Source: a virus (lineage: Duplodnaviria > Caudoviricetes). Taken from it: a stretch of DNA of 25,121 bases. A model generated the notes under the pieces. That model was given only the letters and a program-made list of their open reading frames with translations, was not told the origin of the DNA and did not search any database. The DNA is taken from positions 1-25,121 of the IMG/VR virus record IMGVR_UViG_3300017716_003308, one strand, 5' to 3'. The position numbers and the translations under genes are program-made. This document shows positions 18,401 through 25,121 of the stretch, one piece after another. Position 1 is the first letter of the stretch, and each line of letters opens with the position of its first letter.

Positions 18401-20841
18401 TCCCATAGATAATTTTTGTCTTCTGTATTTTCTTTATTAACAAAAGTTATCAAAGAACCCACAGGAATATCTTGAGCACTCAATACTGTTAATGTATTAT
18501 CGTAATGTTTTGTTCCGTTAGGATTATTTAAACTACCTCCATTACTTGGATAATTAAATCTAACACTAATTCGATTAGTTCCTTGTGTTGGTCCTCCGGG
18601 TGTCGTTGCGGGAGTATTATCAAAATATTTTTTTCTAGTATTGTATATATTAATTCTTTCTCCGGGCGGTAAAGTTACACCATATGTATAAATTTTTTCT
18701 CTAAGACTACCATCGGGGTTTAAAAGGCCAACAACAAATGACATGGTAGACTTTATCAATCTAGGGTTATTATAATTTGCTGCCAATCCCGCAATTGCGG
18801 TACTGATAGTTGACGCACTTATAGTTATATTATCTTCAATTTCTGTAGGATTTTTACTAAAAATACTTTCTTGAATACTATTGTTATATAATTGTGGGTT
18901 TGATAGTTGGGTTAATATTCCTGCACGAGGGGTAGAACTTTCTCCCGATGGTCCATTTGTTACTGGGTCACATTCGCAAGCTTGACAATCAGGATATGTA
19001 ATCATTGGTAATCTGATAGGACTGAATTCTCTTTCCTTAACCTCATCAAAATTTAATATTAAATAAAATTCTAATGCTACATATGCCGCTAATATTAGAG
19101 CTTCAAATACACTCACTGCAATTAGACCAAGAGGAGGTGGAAATCCTCCAAACGCTGCGGCGAAATCAGCACCGACAACAAGAACTTGACTAGGTATTAA
19201 AGCTGCAATATAAATAATAAGACCTATTAAGAGTATAACCGCAAATTCATTCCATAAAAAGGCCAGAATAGAATATATAATTAAAAATGGAACTCCAATG
19301 ATTTGTATTATTTGTAGAATAATTGCAAATATAAAAAATAATAGGTCAAAATTTCTGAATCCATCATTTACCGGAAACTTGTTAATTGTATCCTCACAAT
19401 CAGTACTATCAATTTCTTTTATCCCAATAAATTGACCTCTACCCCCATTTTTAAATTCGTCTATTAATCCCGAAACAGTGTAAACTTTATTAAATTGGAA
19501 CTCATAAAAAGTGTCTTCACAATTAATGGCTTCATTTAATTTTTCATAATAATTGTTACCTGTTCCAAATCCATTAGTATATCCACTCCACGCTAATCCA
19601 AAATAGTAAGAACTTCCTAACACCTTATTTGTATTATTAGGTACATTTGGGTCATTCACCGAATCCCAATACTCCTTGACATTTGGAACCAAATAATATG
19701 GTCTTCTAACTTGTTCACTTAAATTTGCAGATTGTTGCCATTTAATTTTAAATCTATACTTAGCCTTAGTTGGTATGCCAACAGTTGGGTCGTTTGATAT
19801 TATTTTTTCACCAAACTCATTAGTTACAAAGTAATCCAAATTCATTGGTAATTCAGTTAACCATACCCCATTACCATCAATAATATTACCTGATTGTTCC
19901 AATTGATGTAATTCTAAAACAGGATTGCCATCAGAATCTTGGTAAATAGTTTGTCTAATCGCTAAAATTTGCCCTGGTCCCGCAACTAATGAACAAAGAT
20001 TCCCCATGTCATCTGCAGGCCTTGCGTTTGGTCTAACTCTGTTGCTATCGGAAGTTGAATAAATTGACCCCATGAATACTGAGGTTGGTTGAATGTCGAC
20101 ATTGGCATCATCCCTTAAATCAAAATCAACTCGATTTATTGCAATATTACACAATTCAGGGTCTCCCCAAAGAGGTGATACTTCAACATCTTTAGTTAAA
20201 TTAATGATTTGTGGTAAAGAATTTAAATCTGTTGATGTTCTAAATCTACTTCCTGCCACTTGAGCCTCACTAGCAAGGCCCATTCTAATTAAATCTTGAG
20301 GTGTTAATGAAAATTCCCCAATATCAGATAAATCAACATCCATAACTAAAGTATGGTTACCTTGAGGGACCCCCATTATCATATAGTCACCACTTTCATT
20401 GGTTTTTACACTATACTTATAATACTTGTCATATATTTCAACTGTAGTTAATCCTGTTAGCGCATCTAATCTTGATGGTAATGTTCCTGTTGCCGCGTGA
20501 GTGGAGTATGATTGTTCATACGGAAGTAAATTATATCGATATCCATCTTCATTTTTGTCATTAGGTGATTTGTATGGATATATACTTGAAATTATAGGGT
20601 TCGATTCGTCAACCGGAGTTATTGGAATAAAAACTGATACTCTAGCATTTGGCAATCCAAAACCATTATTTGCGGTCACTCTACCGACAACAACACCATA
20701 TTGAGCACAACTTTTCGTATAAATGTCTTCTTGTTGTAATGTTAGTGATAAAATCTCTAAAAATTCAAATTGCTGGTCTAATTGAATATTAATTGATTTA
20801 TTAATTCCTAACTCTGTTCTTATTCTATATGATTGACCCAT
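15418..20841 (-). CDS. large baseplate-associated protein with N-terminal carboxypeptidase-regulatory-like beta-sandwich and internal hydrophobic (membrane-like) segment (1807 aa)
   Basis: ATG at 20841 is preferred over TTG 20844. YGVVVGRVTANNGFGLPNARVSVF...KTNESGDYMIMGVPQGNHTL resembles the CarboxypepD_reg/Cna-B pattern. A ~100-aa hydrophobic block at 19048-19350 is followed by YPDCQACEC. Confidence 0.75.
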   Translation of the reverse strand: MGQSYRIRTELGINKSINIQLDQQFEFLEILSLTLQQEDIYTKSCAQYGVVVGRVTANNGFGLPNARVSVFIPITPVDESNPIISSIYPYKSPNDKNEDGYRYNLLPYEQSYSTHAATGTLPSRLDALTGLTTVEIYDKYYKYSVKTNESGDYMIMGVPQGNHTLVMDVDLSDIGEFSLTPQDLIRMGLASEAQVAGSRFRTSTDLNSLPQIINLTKDVEVSPLWGDPELCNIAINRVDFDLRDDANVDIQPTSVFMGSIYSTSDSNRVRPNARPADDMGNLCSLVAGPGQILAIRQTIYQDSDGNPVLELHQLEQSGNIIDGNGVWLTELPMNLDYFVTNEFGEKIISNDPTVGIPTKAKYRFKIKWQQSANLSEQVRRPYYLVPNVKEYWDSVNDPNVPNNTNKVLGSSYYFGLAWSGYTNGFGTGNNYYEKLNEAINCEDTFYEFQFNKVYTVSGLIDEFKNGGRGQFIGIKEIDSTDCEDTINKFPVNDGFRNFDLLFFIFAIILQIIQIIGVPFLIIYSILAFLWNEFAVILLIGLIIYIAALIPSQVLVVGADFAAAFGGFPPPLGLIAVSVFEALILAAYVALEFYLILNFDEVKEREFSPIRLPMITYPDCQACECDPVTNGPSGESSTPRAGILTQLSNPQLYNNSIQESIFSKNPTEIEDNITISASTISTAIAGLAANYNNPRLIKSTMSFVVGLLNPDGSLREKIYTYGVTLPPGERINIYNTRKKYFDNTPATTPGGPTQGTNRISVRFNYPSNGGSLNNPNGTKHYDNTLTVLSAQDIPVGSLITFVNKENTEDKNYLWEGTTSTGNNKLNGINGIIKNTGFTANVSYATAQTSSSVVSYIIPSGNSTCFLSITFNLTLSGSVSYLSCVGGKRTQLFSVGTHIISDPNGIDYESLSFITAEVDPNIPIIKGEACLRYIYPSDIEYYQVLTAITINEITTGNYSIPNLGNQPYGIWHELIVDNSGYVLVEQSGGGWRFKTNNDTIFPSKPDFSYPTSIISDFKEQKILILQRGVDPYSPMLPNTYGIGKILGHPNENDVVITGMTRMNTPIQPLPSNSTISVQNHKNVGEIFSGSHFYTPGIPNSALFPNASTTPGLAFSSYTTSNVGYYGALDSTYVTPPPPRKFIVDRQGNKYFGNGSISYTTNSPGYTITYNMGNYGVYSISVGGPTLMKGVAVTAPSNNLFGTPQAVITDPASPITPLRVASTVYDSTEDLSGAAYMYRGPFLEYSGGKYLLDDKGAAILNLYFSPLLLPQFTGTTGPNLKLSINNPQQMVMRSDRLPSSDVFDVNIKKGDVSFLNNNVPLLQQNLSFAAYSIEGGGLSSTGPSFSTGAQQVTADIDGQLASKNVIETLSDCEKLIGLEGYSGNGITFGVNTNYQSQGEVENGCYVLVDEPLIGLGGDLALFAEWGYRFRFNYALCRGVLAQSFTNNWVNGSLYMFPIQADVIFDDLNKPNSVFARQLVFFDETTSTFYYRSSPFLLSSGKFIGAPPVNNTSVNDRNLLFPTTIVNLGMKDDVYQEILFDASAKGYIMKSLSPTTYSDTSDLVNLFVISRITNAGFLGGLLAGLNGAVNLLFGRKELRIDGDLAQSMSINSEYGVIPFSPQFYNVTGNDTDPVVILGTPGNPTMGIFFSSTTFDLQNKDFLSPGIINYRTNISSNTFATYEYGIKSQNVPFYQWAVVTGSSSPSIFGSEKNNWATNQSNIFSQKYQSLSRRNADSTSNPSYFMSSNALGRDIYQRGYLFSINSDGSYSTTAGNLNGGNAFLVGAPNHFYFGVIKGESALDKFKTKYSVDE

Positions 20842-20856
20842 CAAACTACTTTATTT

Positions 20857-20864
20857 AATAAATA
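20857..20864 (-). promoter_or_regulatory. TATTTATT variant of the recurrent upstream motif, preceded by an imperfect hairpin (20869-20897)
   Basis: Minus strand: ATGTGGATTTTTTTTTAAAAATTCCATAT-AAAG-TATTTATT-15 nt-ATG. Confidence 0.35.
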
Positions 20865-20935
20865 CTTTATATGGAATTTTTAAAAAAAAATCCACATGTT
20901 AAAATTATAAGTTAAAATTGAATAAAATAAACTTC

Positions 20936-22774
20936 TTATGAAAAAGTTACTGATTGGAAGTTTTTAACTGAAATTCTAATATCTTTATTCGGATATCTGA
21001 CTTGGTATACTTGTGAAGGTTGTGCAAATATAGTATCATCAACAGATCCAATTAATTTTGTTTCTTCATTTGTATACGCCATTGATGTTTCAGCCGAAGA
21101 ATATTGTCCTCCCACTTCATTAAAAACATCAATATTTGCAACCGTTAAAACACCATTTGTGTTTTGTATTATACTTCTAACCTCAGAAAGATATACATTT
21201 TCACCTAATTGTCTTGTTTGAGGATTAAAGTATGCCGATACTTTATCAATAACACTAGCAATAACTTGTCCTGAATTTTGAGCAGAATCTAAAACGATAG
21301 AAATATCCATACTTAAATCAATTACTTCAGCAGTCAATATTGAAATATAATCATTCATCATCCTGTAATTTGATAGATAATTCGCAATGTTTTGTTTTAA
21401 AGTATTAGAAACAATATTGGTCAATTTTCCTGAAGTATCATAAGATAATATTTGGATTAATATTTTATTATCGTTTTCAGTAATCGCAACTTTCGCAGGT
21501 GCTCCGAATTGAGCCGGCATATTTCTAATTAACGATTCATAATCTTGAACTGTTACCGCTCGTTTTTGAGCTGCGAAGTTAAACGAAACATAATTTCTAA
21601 TTTCTTCTAATGATGGAATCCCCGCTCCTCCAACCGCAGCGGTCACATTAACACATCTTATTGAATTAACCACTGATGAGTTTGTCGTTTCTGATGGTCC
21701 GTTAACAAAGAAAGAAACCGTTCCAATTTGATTAATAACATTTGTCCCTAAATTTGTTGCTAACCCTCCACCAACTCTATATTGAATAAACAAAGTAGAA
21801 TTAGGAGTTAAAGTTGAACCTAATGAAAAGTTGTTTGAATATTTTTGTAATTCTAATGTTGTCCCTAAAGTTGTAAATTGATTTAATTGGTCTTGAGCGG
21901 TATTTGTTCCACCACCAAATGTCATTTTTTTAAACCCTTCAGGTGTATACTCTGTAATGAATCTATTTTGAGTTTGAATATATTTACCAACTTTAATTCC
22001 GGGTTGGTCCGAAACTTTTGTTGGGTCTTCGATAAAGACCCTATCTTCCGCTAATGCGTCAACTTCATACAATCTATTATCCAAACCTAAAAATTCTGCC
22101 GTTGTTGGAGTGTTTGTATAATTTGTTCCATTTTTTAATAAAACACTAGTTATACCTAAAACATTTTTTTCAGGTAAAAATAATTCAAAGAATGGTCTAA
22201 CATCATTAGCTCCAATAACTCTTTTGAAAACTTTTGTAATACCATTAACAACAATTTCTCTTTTAGTAATCGTGTAATTAACTAATATATTATTAGCATT
22301 AAAATTTGGGATTTTTAATCTATTTGGGAATCCTTGAGCGTTGTAAGGTGACGCAAAATCAATGTCATAAACATTCTCAAATACAACACCTGCACCGACA
22401 ACTTGTGACCCTCGAGATAATGTTCCAAGATATCTTTCATCTTCTTTATCTCCGAACGCCGGGACTGTGACTGAAAAGTCAACTAATGCGACGGATGGTC
22501 TTTGTCCGGGTAATTTTAGCCCGTATGTTCTGGCAATGTTATAAATTGATGACCTTTGTTGTGCATATTGTAGAACTGTTTCTTGAACACTTCTATCAAT
22601 ATTATAATGTAAGTTATCCGCGACCGCAGCATTTAAATCAAGAAATACCGTGAAAACCGAAGCGTCATTAAAATCTTGAATTAAATCAGGATAGTATGTT
22701 TTTGCATAATTTAAAAGGTCTGCTCTTATCGATTGATAATCTCTACTGCTATACGATATTCTATTATTTGCCAT
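20936..22774 (-). CDS. gp6: baseplate wedge subunit, T4 gp6 / baseplate J-like (612 aa)
   Basis: N-terminal RDYQSIRADL...LDLNAAVADNLHY.IDR...ET.L..AQQRSSI..IA...G, MTFGGG, YRVGGG, GGAG..SLEEIR...F.AQKRAVT.QDY are motifs typical of gp6/gpJ. It directly follows gp25. Confidence 0.9.
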   Translation of the reverse strand: MANNRISYSSRDYQSIRADLLNYAKTYYPDLIQDFNDASVFTVFLDLNAAVADNLHYNIDRSVQETVLQYAQQRSSIYNIARTYGLKLPGQRPSVALVDFSVTVPAFGDKEDERYLGTLSRGSQVVGAGVVFENVYDIDFASPYNAQGFPNRLKIPNFNANNILVNYTITKREIVVNGITKVFKRVIGANDVRPFFELFLPEKNVLGITSVLLKNGTNYTNTPTTAEFLGLDNRLYEVDALAEDRVFIEDPTKVSDQPGIKVGKYIQTQNRFITEYTPEGFKKMTFGGGTNTAQDQLNQFTTLGTTLELQKYSNNFSLGSTLTPNSTLFIQYRVGGGLATNLGTNVINQIGTVSFFVNGPSETTNSSVVNSIRCVNVTAAVGGAGIPSLEEIRNYVSFNFAAQKRAVTVQDYESLIRNMPAQFGAPAKVAITENDNKILIQILSYDTSGKLTNIVSNTLKQNIANYLSNYRMMNDYISILTAEVIDLSMDISIVLDSAQNSGQVIASVIDKVSAYFNPQTRQLGENVYLSEVRSIIQNTNGVLTVANIDVFNEVGGQYSSAETSMAYTNEETKLIGSVDDTIFAQPSQVYQVRYPNKDIRISVKNFQSVTFS

Positions 22775-22779
22775 AGTTT

Positions 22780-23250
22780 TTAAATATTAATAATAACAAA
22801 ATCACTTTGACCAAAAGTTGACCCATTGGTTGAGTAATCTATTCTTATTTTTGCGGTGTATTCAGATGTTCCTTTTCCGGGAAATCTATATATTGATGAT
22901 TCGCTTGTTCCCACAAAATTTTGTCCTGTCGCAATATCCGCTTCTTCTTGTGGGTCGGCCGGTGTTATACTTAAACTATTAACCAATAAATTCGGCATAA
23001 AGTTTTGGATAGCGTCTCTAATATCGGATTCAATCGCATTAAAAGTTAATGAATCGAATGGTTCGAATAAAAACTCATATAATCTTGTCCCAAATTCAGG
23101 TAGAAAATATCTTGAACCTTTTCGAGTCAATAATAAATGAATTAAATCACCTTTAATTTCTTCTGATTGTAGTTCCGTTAATTGGAGGTAATCTCCTCTT
23201 AAGGAATCTCTAAACGGGAAATTAATACCATATGTTACACCATTTGCCAT
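22780..23250 (-). CDS. gp25: baseplate wedge subunit, GPW/gp25 family (156 aa)
   Basis: IKGDLIHLLLTRKGSRYFLPEFGTRLYEFLFEP...I..AI..FMP is the gp25/gpW signature. Confidence 0.92.
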   Translation of the reverse strand: MANGVTYGINFPFRDSLRGDYLQLTELQSEEIKGDLIHLLLTRKGSRYFLPEFGTRLYEFLFEPFDSLTFNAIESDIRDAIQNFMPNLLVNSLSITPADPQEEADIATGQNFVGTSESSIYRFPGKGTSEYTAKIRIDYSTNGSTFGQSDFVIINI

Positions 23251-23253
23251 AGT

Positions 23254-23288
23254 TATAAATATATACTTCTATTTTTTTCTTATAAATA
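23254..23288 (-). promoter_or_regulatory. two TATTTATA motifs (23254-23261, 23281-23288) at the head of the structural operon
   Basis: They lie between the nrdA terminator and the gp25 ATG, where a late promoter is expected. Confidence 0.5.
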
Positions 23289-23291
23289 GAT

Positions 23292-23330
23292 AAAAAAAGA
23301 AAATCCCAACAAATTGTTGGGATTTTTATT
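23292..23330 (-). terminator. intrinsic terminator after nrdA (possibly bidirectional)
   Basis: A perfect 12-bp stem AAAATCCCAACA (23300-23311) / TGTTGGGATTTT (23315-23326) is followed by CTTTTTTT on the minus strand and a T-rich run on the plus strand. It starts 4 nt after the nrdA stop. Confidence 0.8.
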
Positions 23331-25121
23331 TTAAGATGAACAACCAAAACATTCAAATTGACTATCTTCAGGTTTAGTTGATGTGTTAATTATTTCAACT
23401 TTAGGTGTTTCCACATTTGTTTTTGGTTTTTGAATTTTTGAAACATCGACCGCTAAATGTTTTGCCCCTGTTGATATTGCCTTGGTTCTAACATAATAGC
23501 AAAGAGTTTTCAATCCTTTTGACCACGAATGGAAATGAGATGAAGTTATTTTTGATAATGTTGGATTCGACATATAGATATTCATTGATTGAGATTGGTC
23601 AATAAATGGAGCTCTATCTGCTGACATATCAATTAACTCTCTTTGAGATATCTCCCAAATAGTTTTATACTTGTTAATTAAATGTTCAGCTCTTTTAACT
23701 TTTTTAGTGTAATTTCTATCTTCAGGGTCAAGATAATTGTTGAAATTAATATTTTGAATTGAACCTTCGTTTAGAATGATTTCATTTTTCAAATCTTCAT
23801 TCCAAATACCAATTTTTTCAAAATCAGTAATTAAATACTTGTTTACAATTAAAATCTCCCCACCTACAACTCGTCTATTAAATAATGCCGAGTGAGCAGG
23901 TTCAGTCATTTCAAATGAACCTGTAATCTTAGCTGAAGACGCTACAGGCATTTGAGCCGTGAACAAACTATTACAAACACCATATTTTTTAACATCTTCT
24001 TTCAATGAATTCCAATCTAAAAATAAATCAGATTCGTTCAATCCCCACATATCAAATTGTAATACACCTTTTGACATTGGAGAACCTTCGAAATGTTTGT
24101 AAGGTGTTCTAACACCTGATTTACATAATTCCATACTTTCAGTCACTGCTGCGAAGTAGATTGCTTCGAAAATGTTTTTGTTTAAATTTTTCGCTTCATC
24201 TGATGTGAAGATATAATCCATCAGATAAAATACATCAGCAAGACCTTGAGTTCCGATTGCAATTGCTCTTTGTTCAAGACCTCCTTTCAATCCTTTCTCA
24301 GTCGAGTAGTTGTTTTTATCAATAACATTGTTCAATGCTCTTACAACTTTTCTAACTTCGCTAATTAAAAGATTGTAATCAAATTTACCATCTCTAATGA
24401 AATTCTTTAATACGATAGATGACAAAGTGCAAATCGCCGTAGTTTGTTCATCCGTGAATTGAAAAATTTCATTACAAAGATTAGATTGTTTGATAACCCC
24501 GATGTTTTGGTGATTCGTTTTTCTGTTTGCGTTATCTTTTGAAGATAAATAAGGAACTCCCGTTTCAATTTGAGATTCAACAATTTTTGACCAAATGTCT
24601 TGAGCTTTGATTTTCTTACCAAGACCCATCTCAACTGCTTTGTTATAGTTCGCTTCATATTCTTCTCCATAACACTCTTGAAGTGGTTTGATTCCCGCTT
24701 TGATAATATCGTTAGGACAGAACAAATACCAATCTCCATTATCTTTAACCGCATTCATAAAGTTGTCCGGAATCCATAATGCAGTGAATAAATCTCTCGC
24801 TCTCAATTCTTCAGCGCCTGTGTTTTTCTTAATCTCCAACAAGTCCATAATGTCCTTGTGCCAAGGTTCCAAATAAATCGCAGCACTACCAGGCCTTCTT
24901 CCTTGTTGATTAAAGAACCTTAAAGATTCATTAACAATTTTCAAATACTTCAACAATCCTCCCGCGAATCCACCTGAACTATTAATTCTACTTTCTTTAC
25001 TTCTTATATTGGACATCGATAATCCAATACCTGCAGCATCTGAAGAATAAGTTGAAATATCATTTAAAGTATCCAACAATCCATTACGAGAGTCAGAGTT
25101 ATTATAGTGTAACACACAAGA
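23331..25121 (-). CDS. nrdA: ribonucleoside-diphosphate reductase alpha subunit (class I), 5' end outside window
   Basis: The frame is open to the edge (SCVLHY..., the redox Cys motif). It contains RPGSAAIYLEPWH, RARDLFTALWIPD, catalytic SNLCNEI, DQSQSMN, radical-transfer YYVR and C-terminal CFGCSS. Confidence 0.97.
   Translation of the reverse strand, partial: SCVLHYNNSDSRNGLLDTLNDISTYSSDAAGIGLSMSNIRSKESRINSSGGFAGGLLKYLKIVNESLRFFNQQGRRPGSAAIYLEPWHKDIMDLLEIKKNTGAEELRARDLFTALWIPDNFMNAVKDNGDWYLFCPNDIIKAGIKPLQECYGEEYEANYNKAVEMGLGKKIKAQDIWSKIVESQIETGVPYLSSKDNANRKTNHQNIGVIKQSNLCNEIFQFTDEQTTAICTLSSIVLKNFIRDGKFDYNLLISEVRKVVRALNNVIDKNNYSTEKGLKGGLEQRAIAIGTQGLADVFYLMDYIFTSDEAKNLNKNIFEAIYFAAVTESMELCKSGVRTPYKHFEGSPMSKGVLQFDMWGLNESDLFLDWNSLKEDVKKYGVCNSLFTAQMPVASSAKITGSFEMTEPAHSALFNRRVVGGEILIVNKYLITDFEKIGIWNEDLKNEIILNEGSIQNINFNNYLDPEDRNYTKKVKRAEHLINKYKTIWEISQRELIDMSADRAPFIDQSQSMNIYMSNPTLSKITSSHFHSWSKGLKTLCYYVRTKAISTGAKHLAVDVSKIQKPKTNVETPKVEIINTSTKPEDSQFECFGCSS

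Noticed and set aside
7142-23250. Bacterial extracellular contractile injection system or T6SS locus instead of a phage
   Set aside because: The adjacent nrdA, free-standing HNH endonuclease, T4-gp6-sized wedge and dense single-strand phage-like layout favour a large myophage. No eCIS ATPase or T6SS membrane-complex genes were seen, though the window alone cannot fully exclude this.
4267-24876. Short 60-115 aa ORFs nested in or antisense to long genes (e.g. 4267-4473, 10110-10355, 17286-17603, 22856-23140, 24407-24754)
   Set aside because: They overlap well-supported CDSs entirely or almost entirely, many have non-ATG starts, and none has a recognisable motif.
23331-25121. Intron or intein in nrdA (a common phage insertion target)
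   Set aside because: The visible part is one continuous frame with normal motif spacing and no intein-like insertion.

Overview
AT-rich fragment of a large T4-like (contractile-tailed, probably jumbo) bacteriophage genome, with every credible gene on the minus strand. Reading right to left: the 3' part of a class I ribonucleotide reductase alpha gene (nrdA, cut by the window edge), an intrinsic terminator, then a virion baseplate/adhesin operon. The operon holds gp25-like and gp6-like baseplate wedge genes, a 1807-aa protein with an internal hydrophobic multi-helix block, four uncharacterised putative structural genes interrupted by a free-standing HNH endonuclease, and a gp7/P2-gpI-like wedge protein. 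It ends with a 1104-aa SprB-repeat protein carrying a C-terminal array of 12 x 23-aa LRRs, a Pro/Thr-linker protein, and a >835-aa Gly-X-X (GSS/GTS) repeat fibre that the ORF track misses because it runs off the left edge. SprB repeats, SD-less A-rich starts and the nrdA type suggest a Bacteroidota host (inference). The most notable candidate novelty is the constant/variable LRR cassette array grafted onto a baseplate-linked adhesin. It resembles a recombination-diversified (VLR-like) receptor-binding module. A recurring TATTTATA upstream motif, an 8-bp direct repeat bracketing the HNH gene and a structured 177-bp intergenic segment also merit checking. All family assignments come from motif recognition by eye; no database search was run.
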